14,634 nt of DNA from a bacterium (lineage in GTDB: Bacteria; SZUA-182; DTGQ01; JAFGSM01). Shown piece after piece: positions 7,079-14,634 of this stretch. Position 1 is the stretch's first letter; every line of letters starts with the position of its first letter. The notes beneath the pieces are model-generated. The model made no database searches and had not been told where the DNA came from. It worked only from the letters and a program-made list of their open reading frames with translations. The stretch covers positions 1 through 14,634 of the forward strand of contig JBLIRN010000067.1 in NCBI GenBank assembly GCA_049472315.1. The letters run 5' to 3'. The translations under genes and the position numbers were made by a program.

Positions 7079-9043
7079 ATGGCAAAGGTGATTCTCGGAG
7101 CATGGCAGGATACCGTCATCGACAACCGGAATACGCAGAAGCGGTCGATCGAGGACGCATTTCCCCAGGTTGAGCATTTTGACGACGAAAACCGGATCAA
7201 GGCGTTTGTCGGATGGGACGGGTTTTTTATCTTCGATCCGGATGTGCCGGTCGTGGACATGATGCGGGCATACGTGGAAAAGGTGCAGGAGGAGAGCTGC
7301 GGATACTGCACGCCGTGCCGCATCGGCACGAAGATCGTGGCGGACAGGCTTCGTGACATTGCAAACGGCCTGGGACGGGAGGAGGACCTCGCCACCATCC
7401 GCAGGCTGGCGGCCGTGACCAGGGATGCATCCATGTGTGAGCTGGGGCATACCTCCATGACCGCCCTTCTGAAGCTGATGGAGCTGATGCCCGAGGCATT
7501 CGAGCAACCGGTGAGGGAGCGGCGGCCGGTGAAACGGGGCGTCTATCATGCCATGGTCACCGCACCCTGCATCGAGGAGTGTCCGGCACACCTGGACATT
7601 CCCAGCTACATCGACGCCATCCGCAGCGGCAACTATTTCGAGAGCCTGGCCATCATCGCCCTCAGGAACCCGCTGCCGGGTATCTGCGGCCGGGTATGCG
7701 TGAGACCCTGTGAATTCGCCTGCCGGCGCGGGGAGCTGGATGAGCCCGTTTCCATTAAGTATCTGAAGCGGTTTGTCAAGGACCAGGTCTATTCCTATGC
7801 CACTGCCCGCTCCAAACCTGCGAAGGAGATACCGGTGACCAGCACCAAAAGGGTCGCCGTGATAGGCGCCGGACCATGCGGTCTGACTGCTTCCTTTTAT
7901 CTGAGACAAAAGGGGTACGCGGTCGAGGTCCTGGAGGCATTGAATGAGCCCGGAGGCATGAGCGCCATCGGGATACCCGATTACCGGCTGCCTCGCGAGG
8001 TGATCGCCGGCGAGGTCCGGCGCATGGAGGAGATAGGGGTTCGATTCACCTATGGGGTGCGGATCGGGCGAGACAAGACCCTTGAGCAACTGCGTGATGA
8101 GTACGATGCCGTGCTTATCTCCATCGGCGCCCACGGCAGCAGGCGGATCGGCATGGCGGGGGAGGAGAAGGAGCCCGCCGGCTACATGCCCGGCATCGAA
8201 TTCCTGAAAGACCTCAACACCCTGCACCCCACCGGGGAATTCACCCCCCCGGAGGGAAGTCACGTGGCGGTCATCGGGGGCGGGAACGTGGCCATGGATT
8301 GCGCGCGCAGCGCAAAGCGCCTGGGATATCCGAAGGTCAGTATCCTGTACCGGCGCACGGAGCAGGAGATGCCCGCGGATGAGGAGGAGATCCGCGATGC
8401 ACGCCACGAGGGAATCGAATTCCATTTCCTGACCCATCCCAAACGGATCGAGACCAAGGAGGGGAAGGTGACCGGGTTGATCTGCGTACGCATGGAGCTC
8501 GGCGAGCCCGATGCGTCCGGCCGCAGGAAGCCCGTGCAGATCGAGGGCTCCGATTTCCTGCTTCCCTGCGATATCGTGATCCCTGCCATCGGCCAGGAGA
8601 CCGATTTTTCCCTTTTTTCGAAGGATTCCCCGATCGAGAGGACCAAATGGGGGACGGTCGTGACGGATGAGGAGACCATGATGACGGCACAGGATGGCGT
8701 GTTCGCGGCCGGGGATTGCGTGAGCGGCCCCAAGGCCCTCATCGATGCCATGGCCCAGGGATTGTATGTGGCGCACTGCATCGCCCAGTACCTGAGGGGT
8801 GAACGGATGACCATGCCGGAGCATGAACGGATGTTCCGGCTGCTCAAGGCGATGAACCTGCCCAAGTCCCCGGTGAACCGGGTGGGCAGGAAACCGCGCT
8901 CCCAAATCGAGGCGCGTCCGGTCGAGGAGCGGATAGCGGATTTTGATGAGATCGAATGCGGATATTCACCGGAGGAGGCGATCCGCGAGGCGGAGCGCTG
9001 CCTGAGGTGTTACCGCGTGGCCCTTTTTGTGACGGAGAAATGA
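7079..9043 (+). CDS. SfrB/GltD-like FAD- and Fe-S-containing NAD(P)H oxidoreductase; probable beta (diaphorase) subunit of the formate dehydrogenase, 654 aa
   Basis: N-terminal W...IDNR...AFVGWDG segment as in Geobacter SfrB. NuoF-like 4Fe-4S CGYCTPCRIG...CELG. GltD-type clusters PCIEECPAHLDIP and CGRVCVRPCEFACRR. Two Rossmann motifs VIGAGPCG and VIGGGNVAMD, then YRR (NADPH preference). C-terminal EAERCLRC. The stop overlaps the fdhA start (ATGA). Confidence 0.88.
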   Translation: MAKVILGAWQDTVIDNRNTQKRSIEDAFPQVEHFDDENRIKAFVGWDGFFIFDPDVPVVDMMRAYVEKVQEESCGYCTPCRIGTKIVADRLRDIANGLGREEDLATIRRLAAVTRDASMCELGHTSMTALLKLMELMPEAFEQPVRERRPVKRGVYHAMVTAPCIEECPAHLDIPSYIDAIRSGNYFESLAIIALRNPLPGICGRVCVRPCEFACRRGELDEPVSIKYLKRFVKDQVYSYATARSKPAKEIPVTSTKRVAVIGAGPCGLTASFYLRQKGYAVEVLEALNEPGGMSAIGIPDYRLPREVIAGEVRRMEEIGVRFTYGVRIGRDKTLEQLRDEYDAVLISIGAHGSRRIGMAGEEKEPAGYMPGIEFLKDLNTLHPTGEFTPPEGSHVAVIGGGNVAMDCARSAKRLGYPKVSILYRRTEQEMPADEEEIRDARHEGIEFHFLTHPKRIETKEGKVTGLICVRMELGEPDASGRRKPVQIEGSDFLLPCDIVIPAIGQETDFSLFSKDSPIERTKWGTVVTDEETMMTAQDGVFAAGDCVSGPKALIDAMAQGLYVAHCIAQYLRGERMTMPEHERMFRLLKAMNLPKSPVNRVGRKPRSQIEARPVEERIADFDEIECGYSPEEAIREAERCLRCYRVALFVTEK

Positions 9044-11781
9044 GCACGATGCAGACGGCAATCGACACGGAAAGGCAGGTGACCCTGACCATCGACGGCC
9101 AGGAGGTCACCGTTCCTGCCGGCTCGACCATCCTGGAGGCGGCCCGGAGGCTGGGTATACGGATACCCACGCTCTGCTATCATCCGGCCCTGCCCCCCAT
9201 AGGTTCATGCCGGATCTGCATGGTGGAGGTGGAGGGGGTGGATCGGCCGGTCACCGCGTGCAACACGGAGGCACTTGACGGACTGAAGGTGACTACGAGG
9301 TCGGAGCGGCTGTTCAACCTGAGGCGCGAGGTGATCAAGATGATCCTTGCCCATCACCCGCTCAACTGCACGCCGTGTCCCAAGAACGGGGAGTGTGAGC
9401 TCCAGGACCTTGCCTATGAATACGACCTCGCCGCCATGGATTTCGAGGCATACAAGATACCGGTCGAGGAATTTCCCTGGAAGCCCTTTTCCACCCCCAT
9501 ACTGGACTACCATCCCCGGCGCTGCATCCTGTGCGGCAGGTGCGTGAAGGTGTGCACCGAGATCCGCGGCCTGGGGGCGATCACCATGGAGGGCACCGGT
9601 GCGGCATCGGTGATCCAGCCGGTCATGGCCGACGAGGGCGCATCGTCCCTGTGCATCTCCTGCGGGGAATGTATGCGGGTATGCCCGGTGAACGCCATCG
9701 AGGAGCGTATGGGGGGGAAGAGGGGCAAGCCCTGGGAGACGAAAAAGGTGCAGACCACCTGCGCCTATTGCGGCGTGGGTTGCCAGCTCGAGCTCAATGT
9801 GGTAAACAACCGGGTCGTGGGTGTCACCACCCGGGACGATGCAGGGGTGAATCGGGGCAGGCTCTGCTCCAAGGGCCGCTTCGGGTATACCTTCATTCAC
9901 AGTGAAGACCGGTTGACCAGGCCGCTGGTGCGGAACGAGGAGGGAAAACTGGAGGAGACCACGTGGACGCATGCCCTCACCCATGTGGCCCGTGAATTCC
10001 GGCGGATCAAGAAGGCTCATGGCCCGGATTCCCTGGCCGGGCTCTCCAGCGCCCGGTGCACCAACGAGGAAAACTATCTGTTCCAGCGGCTCGTCCGCCA
10101 GGTGTTCGGGACCAATAACGTGGACCACTGTGCCCGCCTCTGACACTCCTCAACGGTGGCCGGTCTGGCCGCAGTGTTCGGGAGCGGGGCGATGACCAAC
10201 TCCATCGAGGAGATCGAAAAGGCCGAGGTGATCCTGATCACCGGCACCAATACCACGGAGAACCATCCGATCATCGCCCAGGGGATCAAGCGCGCGGTGG
10301 AGCGGGGCAACTCGAGGCTGGTGGTGGTGGATCCGCGGCGCATCGACCTGGTGGGTCAGGCAAATTACTGGCTGCGCCAGCGGCCGGGAACGGACGTCGC
10401 CTGGATCAACGGCCTGATGCACTGGATCATACAACAGGGGCTCCATGATACAACGTTTATCGCCGAGCGGTGCGAGGGATTCGAGGAACTTGCCGCGGCA
10501 GTCGAGCGCTACACCCCCGAATATGTGGAGGGAATCACCGGGATTCCCGCGTCGGACCTCAAGGCGGTGGCGGAGCTCATCGGGAAGGCGGGGAGTACCA
10601 CATTCCTGTATGCGATGGGCATCACCCAGCATACAACCGGCACGGACAATGTAAAATCCATTGCCAATCTTGCCATGATCACCGGAAATGTGGGAAGATA
10701 TGCCACCGGGGTGAATCCGCTGCGCGGTCAGAACAACGTGCAGGGGGCCTGTGACTTGGGTGCCCTGCCCAATGTGTTTCCCGGGTATCATGCGGTGACC
10801 GACCCCGATGCCCGCAGGAAATTCATGCAGGTGTGGGGGGCCGAGTCCCTGCCGGACATACCGGGGATGGCCCTCACGCAGATGATCCCGGGTATCCTGG
10901 ATGGCCGGATCAAGGGGATGTATATCATGGGGGAGAACCCGATCATCTCGGACCCCAGCTCGGGACATGCGGAGGAGGCCCTGGAAGAAATCGATTTTCT
11001 GGTGGTCCAGGACATCTTCCTCACCGAGACCGCCCTGCTCGCAGACGTGGTGTTGCCGGGTGCCTCCTGGGCGGAAAAGGAGGGGACCTTTACCAACACG
11101 GAGCGGCGGGTCCAACTGGTACGGGCAGCCATCGATCCGGTGGGGAACAGTTTCCCCGATTGGCGGATCATCCAGCGGATTTCCCAACTGATGGGAACCC
11201 CGATGGATTTCTCCAACCCGGAGCAGATATTCAATGAGATCCGCCGGGTGACCCCCGTGTACGCAGGGATAACCTATGCGAGGATCGAGAAAGAAGGGGG
11301 AATCCAGTGGCCGTGCCCGGATATCGACCATCCCGGCACCCCCTTCCTGCATAAGGATGGCTTCAAGAGAGGAAAGGGGCTGCTCACGGCCATCGATTAC
11401 AAACCGCCGGCAGAGCTGCCGGATGAGGAGTATCCCTTTTTGCTGACCACGGGGCGCATCCAGTACCATTATCATACCGGGACGATGACCAGGCGATGCA
11501 AGAGCCTCACCACCCTGGCGCCCGGGCCGGTGCTGGACATTCATCCGGGTGACGCTGCCGCGCTCGGCATTGATGAAGGGGACCTGGTCAGGGTTACCTC
11601 CCGCAGGGGGAGTATCGACATCAAGGCCAGGATCACCGATACCGTGGCCATGGGGGAGGTCTTTACGACCTTCCATTTCGCCGAGGCGCCGATCAACCGG
11701 CTGACCAACGACGCATTGGACCCGATTGCCAATATCCCTGAATACAAGGTGTGTGCCGTTCGTGTGGAAAGGATTAAATAG
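9040..11781 (+). CDS. fdhA: Selenocysteine-containing Mo/W-bis-PGD formate dehydrogenase alpha subunit, cytoplasmic, ~913 aa (TGA 10141-10143 = Sec)
   Basis: Track ORFs 8956-10143 and 10156-11781 are in the same frame and join as NNVDHCARL-U-HSSTVAGL, the FDH active site. Catalytic PLRGQNNVQG. N-terminal 2Fe-2S, His-ligated 4Fe-4S (HPLNCTPC...C), two CxxCxxCxxxC motifs and CAYCGVGC...C. C-terminal LTTGR..HYHTGTMTRR and PEYKVCAV. No Tat signal. Confidence 0.95.
10141..10184 (+). promoter_or_regulatory. Bacterial SECIS element
   Basis: UGA followed by the hairpin GUGGCC (10156-10161)-GGUCU-GGCCGC (10167-10172), lower stem CUCC (10146-10149)/GGAG (10181-10184). Same position and apical GGUCU sequence as the E. 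coli fdhF SECIS. Confidence 0.85.
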
Positions 11782-13522
11782 ACACTGGAACCAGTATAAA
11801 AGCCTGAAGCCGTATCACCGCAGCTTCGGGTTCACGCTTCTGGTCTTTATCGGGGTGGCATTGGTCATTGTGATGGTCATCGATACATGGTACAACATCC
11901 ATATCCAGGAACAGCAACTCAACGGCACTATCCTCACCATCATGGATCACATCGCCCAGACCGTCACCAGTATCACCAGGATACCCATGCTCGAGAACAA
12001 AGGGGAGAATCTGCAGCAGACCATAAACGACATCGCGCGGAACATGGAAGGAGTCGAGCGGATCCGCATCTTCGATAATGAGGGAATGATCAAGAGTACA
12101 ACCATACCCGGGGAGAGCAGGCGCATTTTTGAAAAGGGCGCGGAGCAATGCGTGATATGCCATTCGGACGGGGAGCCGGTGGTGGTCCCCCCTCGCGAGA
12201 AGTGCATACGGGTAACACCGTCGGACACGGGTGACTACCGGGTGGTAAGTCTCACCTATCCAGTCTATAACGAGGAGCGCTGTTACATTCAGTGTCATGA
12301 ATACCATCCGAAGGACAGAAGGGTGCTCGGGATTTTCGAGGTTGCCATGTCACTGCGGGATGTGGATGAAAAGATCGCCGGCAACAGGCGCCATTTTATC
12401 CAGATCAGCGTCATATCCTTCCTGGTGATCATGGTGGGGTTGAGCATCATGCTTTTCTACTCCCTGGTGCGTCCAATGAATACGCTTTTGACAGGTATCC
12501 GGAGCATATCCCTGGGGAACTTTTCGTCCGAGATACCGGTATTCAGGAGGGATGAATTCGGACGGCTTGCCCAATCCCTCAATAACATGCTCCAGAAGCT
12601 CCGGAAGGAGATCGCCTACCGCAATCTCCTTCTCTACGATGCAGTCATCCCCGATCAGCAGGAGGATGCACCAACAGCCACCGACCAGGAGGATGCCACG
12701 CCGGCCCCGAAGAAGGAAGAGGCATCGGATATCTCCGGTTTGGCGGGGATAGGATCGACGTTCGAGGATATATACGAGCGGATACGGGATGAGACCCATA
12801 TGAAACTCGTTCGTTCGGTAAAACTGGCATCACTGGGCCAACTTTCTGCAGGGATCGCCCATGAGATCAATAATCCGCTGACCGCCGTTCTGAGCTACAG
12901 CTCGCTGTTGCTCGACAAGGCGAAGAATCCCAAGGAAAGGCAATGGCTCAATATCATCGTGGATGAAACGAAGCGGTGCCGTAATATCGTGGCCGGACTC
13001 CTGGAGTTCGCACGGCAGTCCACGCCGGAAATGGTGACCACCCAAGTGAATGACGTTATTGAACGCGCCGTTTCACTGGTGGAGACAAAGGAATCATTCC
13101 ACAACATAAAGATCATCAAGGACCTCGATCCAACATTGCCCAAGGCAAAGGTCGACCGGGGGCAGATCTACCAGGTGCTCACCAACCTCATCATCAACGC
13201 CGGTGATGCCATGGAGGGAAAAGGTACGCTGACCGTAGCATCCCGCATGCACGTCATCGAATCGAGGGTGGCCGAGGATCACCATTTTGTAGAGGTCTCG
13301 GTTTCCGATACCGGATGCGGGATTCCCGAACAGAACATGGAACGGCTCTTCGACCCCTTCTTCACCACCAAGGGTCCCACCGTGGGGACCGGACTCGGGC
13401 TTTCCATCTGCTTCGGCATCATCAAGCGTCATGGGGGGAACATCACGGTTCGAAGCAAGGTCAATGAAGGCTCCACCTTCATTATTCACCTTCCCGTCGA
13501 AATGGAGAATGAGCATGGATAG
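11762..13522 (+). CDS. Membrane sensor histidine kinase with c-type heme-binding motifs in the extracytoplasmic domain (TM - sensor - TM - HAMP - HisKA - HATPase)
   Basis: CVICH (12149-12163) and CYIQCHEYH (12281-12307) lie between two TMs. HAMP (VRPMNTL...[13 protein letters not shown]), H-box [13 protein letters not shown]-box [11 protein letters not shown]1 DTGCGI, F-box FDPFFTTK, G2 GTGLGLSI. Start uncertain (GTG 11762 or 11753, or TTG 11726); all overlap the fdhA 3' end. Confidence 0.9.
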   Translation: MWKGLNRHWNQYKSLKPYHRSFGFTLLVFIGVALVIVMVIDTWYNIHIQEQQLNGTILTIMDHIAQTVTSITRIPMLENKGENLQQTINDIARNMEGVERIRIFDNEGMIKSTTIPGESRRIFEKGAEQCVICHSDGEPVVVPPREKCIRVTPSDTGDYRVVSLTYPVYNEERCYIQCHEYHPKDRRVLGIFEVAMSLRDVDEKIAGNRRHFIQISVISFLVIMVGLSIMLFYSLVRPMNTLLTGIRSISLGNFSSEIPVFRRDEFGRLAQSLNNMLQKLRKEIAYRNLLLYDAVIPDQQEDAPTATDQEDATPAPKKEEASDISGLAGIGSTFEDIYERIRDETHMKLVRSVKLASLGQLSAGIAHEINNPLTAVLSYSSLLLDKAKNPKERQWLNIIVDETKRCRNIVAGLLEFARQSTPEMVTTQVNDVIERAVSLVETKESFHNIKIIKDLDPTLPKAKVDRGQIYQVLTNLIINAGDAMEGKGTLTVASRMHVIESRVAEDHHFVEVSVSDTGCGIPEQNMERLFDPFFTTKGPTVGTGLGLSICFGIIKRHGGNITVRSKVNEGSTFIIHLPVEMENEHG

Positions 13523-13901
13523 AATAAAATTGCTTATCGTTGATGACGAAATCGTCGTACAGCAGAGTTGCGTCGCGATTTTCAGTGAAAAGAGCCACTG
13601 CTATGACCTGGTGACCGTGTCCTCGGGTGAGGAGGCCCTTGCCATGCTGGAAAGGGATCACTTCGATATCATCCTGACCGACATCAAGATGCCGGGCCTG
13701 CCGGGGCTCCAACTCCTCTCAACGATCAGCACAAAATACCCGGATACGGCGATCATTGTCATCACGGGGTACGCAACGGTGAGAACGGCGGTGGAGGCGA
13801 TGAAACTCGGCGCGGTGGATTTTATTCCCAAGCCCTTTACACCGGATGAAATCTATAACGCCGTCCAGAACGTCGCCCGGCGATTGCAGTCATCTCCGTA
13901 A
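13515..13901 (+). CDS. Single-domain response regulator (receiver only), 128 aa
   Basis: IVDDE, LTDIKMP, ITGY and IPKPF motifs. GGAG RBS at 13504-13507. ATG 13515 overlaps the kinase stop (13520-13522). Confidence 0.92.
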   Translation: MDRIKLLIVDDEIVVQQSCVAIFSEKSHCYDLVTVSSGEEALAMLERDHFDIILTDIKMPGLPGLQLLSTISTKYPDTAIIVITGYATVRTAVEAMKLGAVDFIPKPFTPDEIYNAVQNVARRLQSSP

Positions 13902-14005
13902 ACAATAAATGACCCATGCGGCGTGAATGAGGAAGGAATCGATCCCGCCCTGGGGAAAAATCATATCTTCTGGCAAAAAACAGAGCAAAAGGGAGGATAC
14001 ACATC

Positions 14006-14634
14006 GTGAGACATATAGGACTCGACATGTGGATTGAAGAGATGGCGGATATGTGCCAGCCCGAGCGGATCGTATGGATTACCGGCACCGAGGAAGAGAA
14101 AAAGGAGCTCACCGAAGAGGCCCTCAGCACGGGGGAGTTGATCCTCCCTGACCAGGAGAAGTGGCCCGGGTGCGTCTATCACCGGACTGCGCAGAACGAT
14201 GTGGCACGCACCGAGAACCTGACCTTCATTTGCACCACCCTGAAGGAGGATGCCGGTCCGACCAACAACTGGATGTCCCCCGAGGAGGGATACCGGCGGG
14301 CAGGCGCCATCTTCAAAGGTTCCATGAAGGGCCGTACCATGTACGTGGTACCCTTCTGCATGGGTTCCATCGGGTCCCCGTTCAGCAAGATCGGGGTGGA
14401 GCTCACCGACAGCATCTATGTGGTGCTCAACCTGAGGATCATGACCCGGATCGGCACCGAGGTGCTGGAGCAGCTCGGTACTGCCGGGGAGTTCACCAAG
14501 TGCCTGCACGGCAAGGCGGAGCGGGACTTCAACACGCGGCTCCTCCTGCACTTCCCCGAGGACAATACGATCTGGAGCGTGGGGTCGGGATACGGCGGCA
14601 ATGGGCTCCTCAACAAGAAGTGCCTTGCCCTGCG
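14006..14634 (+). CDS. pckG: GTP-dependent phosphoenolpyruvate carboxykinase, N-terminal part (runs off the window; not in the ORF track)
   Basis: Own translation from GTG 14006 (GGGAGG RBS at 13991): [24 protein letters not shown]...[13 protein letters not shown]...DAGPTNNW...[16 protein letters not shown]...[13 protein letters not shown]...IMTRIG...[22 protein letters not shown]. These are hallmark PEPCK-GTP motifs. Confidence 0.95.
   Translation, partial: [209 protein letters not shown]

Noticed and set aside
7049..11676. Long - strand ORFs (7049-8905, 9205-10146, 10150-11676; likewise 6305-6961, 1882-2673, 13961-14551)
   Set aside because: Antisense shadows of well-supported GC-rich + strand genes, with no recognisable domains.
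8956..11781. fdhA as a pseudogene or as two separate genes
   Set aside because: The TGA is at the Sec position, the frame is continuous and a SECIS follows.
6646..13846. Shared CCCAAGCCCTTTAC sequence in the two response regulator genes
   Set aside because: It encodes the conserved PKPFT receiver motif; protein homology, not a DNA repeat element.

Overview
Bacterial window, probably from an anaerobe (Desulfobacterota-like gene content; taxonomy cannot be fixed from this sequence). The left end is an AT-richer accessory region. It has a ~62-bp tandem palindromic repeat array (1-131) abutting an AbrB/MazE-type antitoxin gene (- strand) whose expected toxin partner is missing, then a secreted orphan protein and a methyl-accepting chemotaxis protein. 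From 4374 to the end every gene is on the + strand: DUF2294/MpsC-family protein, a structured attenuator-like RNA (aptamer-like fold that excludes a long U7 terminator), purC, a response regulator with an unusual C-terminal domain, an SfrB/GltD-like NAD(P)H flavo-Fe-S subunit, a selenocysteine formate dehydrogenase alpha subunit (in-frame TGA 10141-10143 plus SECIS, split in two in the ORF track), a c-type-heme-motif sensor histidine kinase, a single-domain response regulator, and the 5' part of a GTP-dependent PEP carboxykinase (absent from the ORF track). The best candidate for an undescribed system is the DUF2294 gene plus the downstream RNA switch, sitting in front of a run of CO2/bicarbonate-linked enzymes. 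That link is inference.
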